Of a DNA stretch of 64,000 bases, positions 39,148 to 51,478 are shown piece by piece; positions within the stretch are counted from its first letter, which is position 1, and every line of letters begins with the position of its first letter. The stretch is from Paramecium tetraurelia (Eukaryota): positions 124,001-188,000 of the forward strand of contig CT868680.1 of the NCBI GenBank assembly GCA_000165425.1, read 5' to 3'. The position numbers and the translations under genes are program-made. The notes under the pieces were generated by a model. It saw nothing but the letters and a program-made list of their open reading frames with translations. It was not told the DNA's origin and did not search any database.

Positions 39148-40145
39148 TCAATCTAAATTCTTTGGTTTTCCATATTCCCATAATCCTTCTCTTCGAACTC
39201 CCTCAGCATTAATTATAATTCCCTCTCCATGCTATTTGCCATCCTGCCAACATCCCTCATATCTTTTTCCACTGGCCCAAGTGAATACTCCGTACCCATT
39301 CTTTTTATCATCTGCATATTCTCCCTTATAACTTTTTCCATCCTTCCATATACATTCTCCCTGACCTTTGAGATATTCGATAATTCAAAATACCATGCAT
39401 TTTATTATTCAACCATTATCCCTTGTATTGTTTACCATCTTTCCAAGTGTAGCAACCTAATCCACAGATTTCGTTATTCTCAAAGTTTCCTTCATACTTA
39501 GAACCATCCTAAAATTGCATATGTCCTTGTCCATGCCTCTTCCCCTCTTTGTAAGTTCCCTTATATTCAGTACCATCAGGCCATGTTTCTTGTCCTTCTC
39601 CATCCTAAAGATCGTATTTCCATTAGCCTGCATATTTAACTCCTCTAAAATGATTGAAAACTCCGTGGCCATGAGCCATATCGTTCTTCCATTCTCCTTC
39701 GTAGGAATCCCCATTGACATGCACTAATTTTCCTATTCCCATTGCTTTATCCTATACAAAATCTCCTTCAAAATAACTGCCATCCTTCCAAGTGAACTTC
39801 CCTTTGCCATCTTTTTACTAATTCAGCCATTCTCCCTCATAACTAAGCTAGTTCATAAACTCTACATATTCCCTGATTTCATCGTTACAGGAGGCAATTG
39901 AATTCGACTTCCATTATTAGATTTTGCTACTTCTTCCCTAAACTCTGGAAGTGGTAGGTTATCATCTCAATTAGATTTTAAATTAAACCTTCTTAAATGT
40001 TTCGCCATTTTGAAAGCTATTGCTACTAATCGCATTTATCATCCTCCGGTTTTTCAGTTTTAGCTTGATATACCTCTGGATTATTAGATTCTTGCTCCTC
40101 GTTAATGATATCTGAGTGTTAATTGCATCTACAAGCATTCCCCAT
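39148..40145 (-). CDS. MORN-repeat protein with predicted N-terminal myristoylation/palmitoylation (MGNACRC)
   Basis: Repeated YEGEWLN.QKDGKGKFTWKDGSYFEG / YEGEWKNDMAHGHG / YTWKDGKSYKGEYADDKKNGYG MORN units; ends GLWEYGKPKNLD*. Confidence 0.9.
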
Positions 40146-40771
40146 TATTCGATAATTTTTGCTATAAATTTTTTGTATTAATTACTAAATTTCTCTTATT
40201 TAACCTCTAATAAATTTGTGAAATGGATTACCAAAAATCTACAATATTTGATTCCAATAATAGTTTTAATATAGAAAGTCAATAAAAAAATCTTTAAGAA
40301 TTCTAAATGATCTAAGTTGTCTCACATTGGCAATCCTCCCCTACGTTGTTTTAATTTTATTTAATTATTAGGAATTAATCCAAATTAAAATTTCTGTAAA
40401 TTCTAGAATTGCAATTAAATTATAGATTTTTGACAATTGTTATTGAATCATTTAATTGATGAGTTTAAATTAAATTATTGAAGAAATAAATAATGATTAT
40501 AAAGCTTCCTTGGACTTTATATATTTTATTATTCTTGAGAAAAGATGAGTATCTAAAATTTATACCATCTTATTTAAAATAAATTTGTACTTTATAAATT
40601 TTCTAGAAATTTTAGATTTATAACTTGAGTTAACCTGATAAGATATGTCATATGGGGAATGAGAGGGAGTATTTTGTGAAGGTATTAAGAGAAAATGAAA
40701 GGATTGCAGAATAGATTACGCTGATGTAATTGTTCTAAAATTTGTATAAAATTGAATTTATAATTAATTAA

Positions 40772-41833
40772 ATGAAACAATCAGTTCAAAGATATTCTGT
40801 GAAAATACCTAAACATGATGTAATAGATAAGAAAGTATATTACACAATAAGTGTGTACAACTTGGAAGGAGGTTAACCTAAGGAGATGAAAAAAAGATAT
40901 TCTGAATTGGAGTCCATGCATTAAAAAATATTAGAGTGGATCCAAATATTCAAAATTAAGATTCCCTTGATTCATTTTCCTAAAAAGAAGTTTTTGTTTC
41001 ATACAAATTTAAGTGAAGAAAGCATCATCAAGAGAGTAAACTTTGATTGTATTTAAAGAGAGGAGAATTATAATAATATCTCAATGAAATACTTGCCTGC
41101 CCAGAATTACATTGTTTAGGAGTGGTGGAGGAGATGCTTCCCAAAGATCCCAAAATAGGAGGACATAAACAAAATGATCAGCCTATTGACAGGAGATGGC
41201 AAGAAATTCAATAACTCAAAGAATCCTATTTAGCAAAACATGGCGATTCAATATTTTCATTGCCCCAAAAGAAAATTGAGCTACAAAACAAGTATAAACT
41301 CCTAATATTTCTAGATAGTAATATATTTTTAAGTTTGAAGATCATATCATCTTCGATGACTCTGCCTTATATACAGTCTAAGTAACAGATACTATTACAA
41401 ACAAAAGTTGGAAATTCACTCAGCGCTTCTAAGACCTAAGAGATTATCATAGGCAATTGAAAAGCATTCATCTTGATTTTCCATTGCCCAATTTCCCTGA
41501 GAAAAAATTAGTCAACATCTCCGATGCTACTGATTTGCGTGAGAGGAAATCTCAGTTACAAGACTATTTAAATCGCATTTTTGGGTACTACATCAATCAT
41601 CATAAAAATAGCTATCAAACAATAGTCGAAAGTGACATTATGGTATTTTTCATTGCCAAAAGCTAGCTAGATGGCAATGAAATTGGCTGTCGATCTAAAG
41701 GAACTTCTTAAACCACTTTAGAAGTAATTATTATTTAATATACATGAAGAACTCTAGTATAAAATCGAAAAGCCAAACTACAATAGAATAATATGATGAC
41801 GATCACAAACAACCTCGAAAAATTACATGTTGA
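40772..41833 (+). CDS. protein with two PX (phox homology) domains
   Basis: PX1: VYYTISVYN..KKRYSELESMH..FPKKKF..IIKRRGELQQYLNEIL. PX2: LYTVQVTD..WKFTQRFQDLRDYHRQL..LPNFPEKK..LRERKSQLQDYLNRI. Confidence 0.85.
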
Positions 41834-42070
41834 ATTATTTTTATATTACTAATATGAGTTTTTAATTAATTAATCATTTAAACTATTGCCAATCATAATT
41901 GGTTCAAATTTCAGGTTCTCAAAATGAAAATCTAACATTATTAGTTCATCTAGCAATTCAAATCTTATCTCAGACACTTCAAAATAGAACTTATCCAAAT
42001 TTGATGAGATTGAGACCAATAACAAAATGATTTTGGTTTCATTTAATTGATATAAACATTATTAATAACT

Positions 42071-45000
42071 ATGAAATTATCATATGCACTTTATAATCAC
42101 TTATCCTCTTTAAAAGTGTTTGAAACAATCAAGCAAGCCAATAAAAATCCTATCCTTTTAACAGAATCATAGCAAAACTTGATTGAAAATGGAATTGCAG
42201 TAGGCAAGTTAGTTAAATCAATACATAATTTAAAATCAGAGATTTCATAAAGGTATTAAACATCCATATATCGAGAACTCTTACTCCAATCGCTCAATTA
42301 GATTAACTAAAACAATTAACCACGGCTTCAACCAAGTTATACAATTGGAACATAATCATAAGCGCAATAAACCAATTGCAAATACCTAATGACATAAACA
42401 ACGATATTAAAAAACTGATATTGATGGGAGATGTTTAAGTGATTGAAGACACCCTAAATCAATTGTTTGACTTCTATCTAAAACTGCAATAAGCCAGACT
42501 GAGTAAATCGAAGACATCACCAAATCAGAGAAATAGAATTTTATCTGAATAATAACCATCAGGATAAGGTTATAACCATTTAAACCTTAGCCAATCACAA
42601 GAGTAAATTCAAATATCTGATTCAAATACTTTGGAATACTTTACATAGTTATTGTCAAAATGGTTAAATCTCTAATACAAACAGGTATTATCCCTATATG
42701 CAGAAAACTTTAAATTTTGGGCATAGATTGTCACAAAAGGAGTTCAAAGAGTTTATGAACCAATAATTTCTATTTATAAGGATGTCTTTTTATCTGTAGA
42801 ACACCTATAAAACCTGATTGCCATGGAAAAGGATAAAGCATTGGCTTTCTCTTTAAATCTCTTAAAACCAGGGTTGGTATCTAAATCACCTGAAGTATGT
42901 ATAGAAACAATAAAAACCCTTGGAAATTTTGCTATCTAAGCTTATAATAATAAGATTTCATATAAAGAGGATATATATAAGTGGTATGTTGAATCTTGTT
43001 TTTAAACAACACTTTTATCAATTAAAAGGCATCCTTAATTAGTAGATTCTTTGGTTGATTTAATGATCCTATTTTGTAAATTTCACTTAGTTGATCTTTT
43101 TACTACAATTCTGAAATAGCATAGTGCGAATAACATTGAAATGTTAATAAATGTTGAAAAGCTATTTAATTCGCTTACACCTGACTACATTTTAGAAATT
43201 TAATCTATGGGTATAATGTAACAATGGTTAGAATAAGGTTTGGATATTCTGGAGAATACTAATACATTAAAATCTGATGAAAAGATTTCTATTTTGAGAC
43301 TAGTATATAGCATTTGGTTAAAAAATCAATATCAACAATATTAAGAAAGAGTGCATAATGCTTTTAAAGCAGCTACATCAGATCCTAGAGAATGTGTAGC
43401 TATATTTTCAATATAGTTTTTATTTTCTGCTTTAGAATACTTTGGAAAAAATAAAATCCCAGAGGCTCCAATCTTATATAAAATGTAAAAATCTATTTAA
43501 ATGTAGAATTGCAATTTAGCTGGTTGAATTAACAAATGAAAATCTTGTTCATTTCATATTGTAGAATCTCTTGATAGTGTTCTAAACTATGCCTTCAATC
43601 CCATTATCTATAGTTCTTGATCCATTTATAGTTAATTTACAAGAGAAAACTTATCCAAGTTTGTTTGTTTTTAATTTCCTTGCAAATGTGGCTAATAATC
43701 CTAATTTAACTACTAAATCGTAAATATAAATGATGGATCTATTATCTAAAATAGCTATTTATGACACCTTGCATTATAGGATAGCATCTTAGATATTTCT
43801 CTAAATGGTTACTAATACTTAGAATACGCCAAGCACTCAAGAATTCGTATAAAAATTTGTAAAAATAAGTCTTGCTGTTTATTTTTCTGTTTATAAAAAG
43901 TCAGATAAAAAGAAACCAAATTAATAGATTGTGGACAAATAGAGAAAAGCTTAAATTATTGAAGTACTAAAAAGCTTAGCATAAATTCATAATGAAAGCA
44001 TTAATTAAGTAATTAAAATGATGGCTGGTCATACCAATTTATAATTCAAAATGATATCTAAATAAAATAAAGGTCTTTAAGTACTTCTGTCTTTACTGGG
44101 TGATATCAATGAAATCATGCAATAAGTTGATTTGGAGTATTAGGAGGCCTAAACAAATAAATAAATCTATTCAGAATCCTCTGTTAAAGAGGTACAATAG
44201 GTTTAAGAGAATTTGAAGAAGTTCTCCAAAATTAAACTCACTAAGGAAGAACAATATCATCTGGCAAAATTGAGAATGCCTAAAGAAACAGACCCAAAAG
44301 TTATTAATGATATCTCAACCATAAAAAAGTAATATCAAGAGAAACAAATGGAAAAAGAAATATCAAAGTTTACTTAAGAAGAATAACTGAAATTGAAAAA
44401 AGAGAAATTGAGAAAGTAATTAGAGAAAAGATAAATTGAATAAGGAATTGCATCATTGAATCAAAAGGATGTAACTGTGAAGTTGTTATTTCCCGATGGC
44501 AGTAGACAAACTGAGTTAGCCAAAGAGAAGAAACATGGATTGATGACTTTTGATTTATTGGATTTAAATTTAGAAGAGGAAATTGAAAAATTAATGGTTG
44601 AATAGATTCTAAGAAAATATACTAAAGTGTTTAGGTATATTTTCACTAAATACGCTAATACTTGTTTGCAAGGAATGAAATAACCTAATTCCTTTGATTA
44701 GTATCAGTAGAGAACTGAAAGCATTAATATTGCAGAAATTAGTAAATTTATTCATGAATATGAAATTGCTATTCCGGTTGAAAATGTTCAAGCTCTAGCA
44801 AGGTAGGTAGGAACTCAAATTCTACATAACAAAACAGAATTTAAAGAATTTGATTAAATAGGGTTTAATTAGTTTGTAATTTAACTATCCATAGTTCTAT
44901 CGAAGCATAAATTAGCAGATATACAACCTTATTAATGTTTAATTAAATTTATCAATCATCTAAGAAATGTGACTGCCTCTAAAGGATAGAGTACCGCCTT

Positions 45001-46893
45001 ATTTGATGATCCAGAAACTTAATATTTTATGGAGAATGATGTACATATTAATGACAACTTTAGATTATTAAAGAATTCAATTAACGATTACTCATAGATC
45101 CAGATTATGAATTGCCCTAAGGATACAAGAAAGTTACAACTTTTGAGATCCAATTCTCATATGAAATCCCTTTGCTTGACGATAATGTTCATGTACCATA
45201 TTAAATTCTTAATGATTTATTGAGAGATGCTTTGGGGTAAATTCAATTATCAAATATATAGAATCAATATTATTGAACCAATGTCCAAAAAGGTTATGGT
45301 ATTCAAGGCAAAACCAGATGCTTTTGGATATATTTAATCTAAATTGTAATAAGAGCCTGTCGATGAGTAATTCAAAATAAAGCATAAAAAGACAAAGGAA
45401 GTGAATGTAAGTTTACAAAAGAAAAAGGTTCTTGAAATTGAACCAAAAAGAGAATTATCATTGAATATGAAATTGGCTGTCGCTAAATGCAATCTTAAGG
45501 ACAAATTTATAGCTGAGAATGTTGCTAATCTGCTTGATGATATGATATTTGCAATAGAGCATAATAAATCATAGGCAACAAGATAGATTTAAATTATTAA
45601 TAGAGTGTAAGAAGATAAAAAGTAATAATAATTGGAATAGGAATTGTGGGAATAGAAAAAAGAATAATTGAGAAAGTAAAGAGAAAAAGAAATAAAGGAT
45701 AAATTGAGAGAGGAGAGAGAAAAATAGAAATAATTATAAGAATCATAAGAAAAAGAAAGATTGGAAAAAAACAAAACTGAAAATAATTTGAAGAAAGAGT
45801 AATTAGATAAACGGATGAGTTACCTAACAGAATAGAAACAAAAGGTACAAATAATTTTACTATGAATAGATAAAAGAAAAGAATGAGAGGGAAAAGGAGG
45901 AACAATTGAAGAGAATTTTAGAGGAAAAGGATAAAAAGGAAAAAGAAATTTAGATGAAGAAACATAATTTCTAAGAATTCAATTAAAAATAAATAACAAA
46001 ATTAAAGGAAATTATATCATAAGGATAAAATAAGATATAATAATCTGAAAAAGATAAATAAGATCAATTGAAAAAATAAAAATTCCTCTTAGAATAAGCC
46101 AGATCAAAAATATTAACTCAGAATTAATCAAGAATATAAGAATAAAAGAATTTAGAAAAGGACATTGAGAATAATTTTAAATCCGCATCATATCAAAAAA
46201 TAATAGAGAAATATCAATTCGGATTGAACTCTCTATTTTAATTCTTAATTAAAGAAACTTTTCTTCCAATTGGTTAACCATCTTCGAGAGAACAAATTAC
46301 TTTTAAGACTTTTGCTTGGTTTACGGATAGATTTAATCTATGTCCTGAAATTGTATCTAAAGATGATGTTCTATAACTATTTAGATATTTAACTAGATCC
46401 AAGGAAGTTATTGATGGTATACCACCAGGGATGAACTACGATGAATTTTTACAGGCCTTGCATAGAATCTCAATTAAGGGAAGTGCTATATTTAACAAGG
46501 TTGCAGCAAACGTAAAATCATAAAAAGGAAAACTTGATATCAAAACTATTAAATAAATTGTGGAAGCAGAACAAATAGGGGATCAAGAACCACAAAGTCA
46601 ATCACCAAAGGCAGAGTCCATTGTGATTGAAACTCCTTTAAGAAATAAATCAAAATCTAATTATCTTGAGTCATCTAAAGTTTTGAAAGAATATTAGTTA
46701 TTTTTCCAATAATCAAATGAATAGACTTTTGAATCATTAATTTTGTACTTGGATGTTAGCAATGATAAAAATTAATTGGATTAAAGATTTAGAAAAACAT
46801 TAGAGGAAAGAAAAGTTCCAACTAAATTGAGAAGAAAAAGTATTTATAATAATTATTTTAGTTTTGACTGACAAACTTGGAATTTAGAATTGA
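42071..46893 (+). CDS. large (~1550 aa) protein: N-terminal CH-like domain, helical-repeat region, coiled coils, C-terminal EF-hand-like segments
   Basis: LIENGIAVGKLV..STKLYNWNIIISAINQL..IKKLILMGDVQVIEDTLNQLF resembles the SPEF1/SPEF2-type CH domain. Later helical repeats, K/E/Q coiled coil at 45600-46150, and GMNYDEFLQALHRISIKG. Multiple short introns. Confidence 0.7.
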
Positions 46894-47772
46894 TTTAATG
46901 ATATTCTATATATTAAATGATAAATATATCTAAATCTAAACATAGGTTAAAATATTATCATAAATTTGATATATATTTTTATTTTGTTAATAATGTTATC
47001 AAAAAAGTAAAATTAGTATTAATAATTACTTAGATAAACAATTAAATTATTGAAATAAATTATATAATCTATTATCATTTAATTGTTTAAATACATATTA
47101 TGATTATCATATTCAAATTTTCATTAATATTTTTGTTTATTTTATATATTTATGCAACCAATCTTATATTCATACAAAATAGCTGGCTATGGAAAATATT
47201 AATTGATAAATAAAGAATGATCTAATATCAAAGAATAAAAGGTATAATTCAACATTTGATGCCAAAAAAGTTTAATCAATTTTCTAATTATTATTGTATT
47301 TCTAAAGATTATTTTACTAGCTAATAGCAATGATTTACTTTAAATTTAATTAAATTCCATTTTAATTATAACAATAATATTTTATGACAATTGGGAGAAA
47401 AATATAAGTAAAAATAAGATAAAAAATAAATTTATTTTAAAATGTAAATCAATCTTATTAAATATTTGTTGCAAATAAAATAATGCAAATTCATGCAAAT
47501 CTAGTATCTTTTAATGTTGCATAAATAATTCAGTAACTTTTTATAAGTTAGATATCAATACCATATTTTTTTATAATTAGATCTTTAAGAAATGAAAGTT
47601 TAGTTATTGATAAATCATAATCTAAAAATTATAAAATTTCTTAATTGCCAAATCAAACAGTTGAAGGAATCAACTGCTTATATTTACAGATGTTAGTAGT
47701 TGATGAGACTAAATTGATTGAAATGAATTATGAATAAAAAACGGATTTAAATTAATTATTAATTAAATTACC

Positions 47773-48098
47773 ATGAAGTTGGTCATCTTGATTCTGATTC
47801 TTACAATATTTAGTTCCTAAGCTCAATCATCACTTAGAGGCAAAAACAAATTTGGTATGGTTGGCCATAATTAAGACTAGAGTAGAACGACGAATAAATA
47901 TATATGAATAATGCATATCCCCCAGAACTATAAGAATATTCATTATTTGCGCAATTAACCAAGCCCTTATATGAAACTGCGCCGATGGATGTTATGCTGC
48001 TAAACCATGAGATGGAAATAGCTAGAATGATGGGCACCCAAGGAATAACCTTAAGGAATTACGTACTTGAAGAATCACCATTTAGTCCTGCTTGGTGA
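47773..48098 (+). CDS. small predicted secreted protein (99 aa)
   Basis: Signal peptide MKLVILILILTIFSSQA then QSSLRGKNK. Removing a 26-nt intron (gtatggttggccataattaagactag) gives 300 nt ending EESPFSPAW*. Confidence 0.65.
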
Positions 48099-48982
48099 TC
48101 AATGTTCACGGACTTCATTTGATATTTCCTATTCCATATAGAATCAATATCTTAAAACCATCATACATTCTAACTGCATTAAAGTCGGTTTACTTAAATT
48201 TATACTCTTATGCAAAGAATAAATGATTTGAGACACATCATCTATTTCTATTTCATTTATTGTCTCATTTTTCTATTATTTCATAACTCAAAGCAAATAT
48301 AGATAAATGATCAATGAAATTAATGCCACTCAAAAAATTAAAAGTCAAGATAATACAAATTATGGCTGTATTTTAGGATACATTTGGTATTACAAATAAG
48401 AATAAGATTGAATTACTTCGATAGGAAAAAAGTAAGGGGTTTTGTAAATTTACTATCAAGATAGAATAGTAATTATAGCTGAATAATTGAGAATAGCAAA
48501 CGAATTACCTCAACGTCATTCTAAAATAAAATCAAACTTAATCCATTTTTAAAAGTATTTATTTATTTTACAAATTTTACAATTAAAATTTAGTAATCTA
48601 TCAAAAGCCATAAAGTGCATTTTAAATATGGAAACTAATTAGATATAAATACTGATTGTTAAATTAATATAACTAAGTATTAGAAATACAATTATAAAAA
48701 TTAGAGCTATTAAGATTTGAATTCAATTTAATATTGAGAAGAATAGAGAATTATTAATATCATAATGAGTGAAACAAAAATAGATTAGTTAAAATTCAGT
48801 AAATCTTATCATTTAGGTAATAGATAGATAGATATTTGAATTTGTATAGATTTAAAAATATTGATGCTGTGAAGGGTTTGTTAATATTATATATATTATA
48901 CCACAAAACCAAAATTTTCATTGATGTTGATTTTTAATTATTATTTAAATTGAATTATAATATAAGATAATAATTAGAGTGA

Positions 48983-49609
48983 ATGAATAAAGGAAATGTC
49001 AAAAAGAGAACTTCTTCATTCAATAAATAACCTATTATCTACACTCATGATAGGTGTGATACTTAATAGAAGCAATTTTATTGTCCAAAATCAAAAAAAG
49101 ATGTTAAACATCTGATAAGTGATGCGAAATAGAAATCATCTTATGAGAATACAATAGTAATAATGCCTTAAAATGCATCATTTAAAAACATGTTGACAGA
49201 ATTGGCTCATAAATCTGCAAAGAAGTACGTTAAAAAATAAATGAAAAAAACACCAAGTACTTCCTTACATACTCCTGCTGATCCTACCATCAGAAAAACT
49301 GAATAGTAATCATACTTAATGAAGCAATAGTAATCAGTTATACACTAACAATCCTAATAAACTTCGTATAGATCTTTGTTGCAGCACAATAAGCAGAATT
49401 AATGGATTGATCTAATTAATCAAAAGAGTTCAAATTATATACAATCAGATCAAATATTATCAACTGAATACAAGTACAAATAAGTTAAATATTAGAACTT
49501 AATTGGACATAATGACAACAAGTAATTTAGATTGGAAATATCCATACACATGTTATAAAGAGTAGAGATGCCATGGCGAAGTGTCTCAAATGGAAAACCT
49601 AGAGTTTGA
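48983..49609 (+). CDS. hypothetical protein (208 aa)
   Basis: Intronless 627-nt code-6 ORF MNKGNVKKRTSSFNKQ...MPWRSVSNGKPRV*. Confidence 0.6.
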
Positions 49610-49781
49610 TTGTTGGAAAGAGTTTTTAAAGAATAGATTAATATTACGCCAATCTAAATGAGTTTAGTTAGCAAATTTAGGTCAACTTATTCTGAATTAT
49701 TTAAAGAATTTATATTCTGATATAGTGTTATTATAATACTTCTCAAATCCCCGATTTAAAATAAAATATTTAAATAATTAA

Positions 49782-50316
49782 ATGTCTGACGACGAAAATC
49801 AATTCGAGCAAGGAAACGCTGGATCATCTCACACCTACACAGAAAGTGCAGGATCATTAAAGAAGGGAGGATACGTCATGCTCAAAGGACATCCTTGCAA
49901 GATTACCGATGTTTCAACATCCAAAGCCGGAAAGCATGGTCATGCTAAAGTAATTCTATCATTCACATGTTTAGGCATCCATTGTTGGAAAGGATATCTT
50001 CACAAACAAAACATATGAAGATTCAGCCCCAACATCTCACAATATTGATGTTCCATTTGTTACTAAAAAGGAATATACTTTAATGGATATTCAAGGTGAT
50101 GGCTTTGTCATTCTTATGAACGAAGATGGATCAACAAAGGAAGATCTTAAATTACCTGAAACTGAAGATGATTTCAATTTGGTCAAAGAAATTAGAGATA
50201 TGTTTGATGCTGGCAAGTATATATTCATATTAATATCCAGGGATTTGTTGATTTCAGTCCTTTCAGCTATGGGAGAAGAGAAGATTGTAGGTTCAAGAGA
50301 AGCTTAGGATAAGTGA
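49782..50316 (+). CDS. eIF5A: eukaryotic translation initiation factor 5A (161 aa)
   Basis: GSLKKGGYVMLKGHPCKITDVSTSKAGKHGHAK (hypusine loop), GKDIFTNKTYED..PTSHNIDVPFV, SAMGEE. Introns 49950-49974 and 50217-50240. Confidence 0.98.
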
Positions 50317-50363
50317 TTTACATTAAATACATTAGTAAAATATTTTATTGTAAATATATATTG

Positions 50364-51383
50364 TCACTCATTTACTACATCTTTAAAAAATGGATGTTTA
50401 AGAGCATCCTTAGCACTGATTCTCTTTTCAGGGTTGTATTGCAACATCGAACTAGAAATCATATTGATTTTCTTACTTCAATAAATCTAAATAATTATCT
50501 AAATCTTTAATTTAACTAAATTTTTATCTGAGATTTTATTTTTTATATCTCGAGAGTTCCTTAAATATTGATTGATTATCAAAAGGAACTTTGCTTGAAA
50601 AGTACTCCACATCTTTTTTACTAAAACTACCCATCACTTTCAATATTGCAAACAATTAATCTCCTTCACTTTTCCCCTTAAAAAGAGCTTCTTTTATTAC
50701 CAACTCTCCCATTATACAACCTAATGCCCAAATATCAACAGAAACTCCATATTTAGTTAAGCATAGTATCAATTCAGGTGCACGATAATACCTAGAAACT
50801 ATATATGGAGTGTTTTGACTTGTTGAAGTGATCAATTTTGAACTTCCAAAATCACACAATTTGATTTACTCTTTATTATTTATCAGGACATTCTCACTAT
50901 TGATTTAAGTATTTAGTTTTACGGCTTTAGATCGCGATGAACTATTCCTTTTTGGTGAATGAATTATAATCCTTTTAAAATCTAATATATGTAACATTTT
51001 ATTGTCAATTCAGAGAATGTCTTCCTTTATTTGATAAAAGCTTAAATTCTATTTTCAAGATTATCTTCCATATATTCAAATACGATATTTTGAATTAATT
51101 TCCCCGCCTCATTTCTTGAATAGAAGAAATCCTAAATTGGATGAATTTTATACAAGGATTTTAACTACATGTTCACATTCCTTAACTTCAAACAATATTT
51201 CATATTCCCTACTAAGTTGAGTTCCAACCTTTTCGATTCTCTTTAGAGCAACTTTTTACTTTCTATTATGATCATAGGCCTCAAAAACATAACCTAAATT
51301 TCTTGATAATACATACCAAAGCTCCCTGAGCCAGCAACTCTTATAATGTCAAATTATGGTAATTTTTAGTGAATCAAACTCAT
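50364..51383 (-). CDS. CMGC Ser/Thr protein kinase, GSK3/shaggy-like
   Basis: AGSGSFGYVF, VALKR, HRDLKP.NVL, LCDFGSSK, NTPYIVSRYYRAPELIL, DIWALGC, PEKRISAKDALKHPFF. Confidence 0.92.
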
Positions 51384-51478
51384 AATATTAATAATTCTAT
51401 TTTATTATTACAAATTCTTGAATGCTAATATTAAATAAATTAGCCTTCATAATATATATATACACATATAAAAGAATA

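Noticed and set aside
41854..42050. Small ORF between the PX gene and the CH-domain gene
   Set aside because: Each frame is short or interrupted by TGA; cannot distinguish it from spacer or an upstream exon.
46894..47772. Long AT-rich spacer (also 40146-40771, 48099-48982, 59300-60080, 61872-62584) as decayed genes or ncRNA
   Set aside because: Only short broken ORFs and no recognisable motif or stable structure; could be post-WGD gene relics but I cannot support it.
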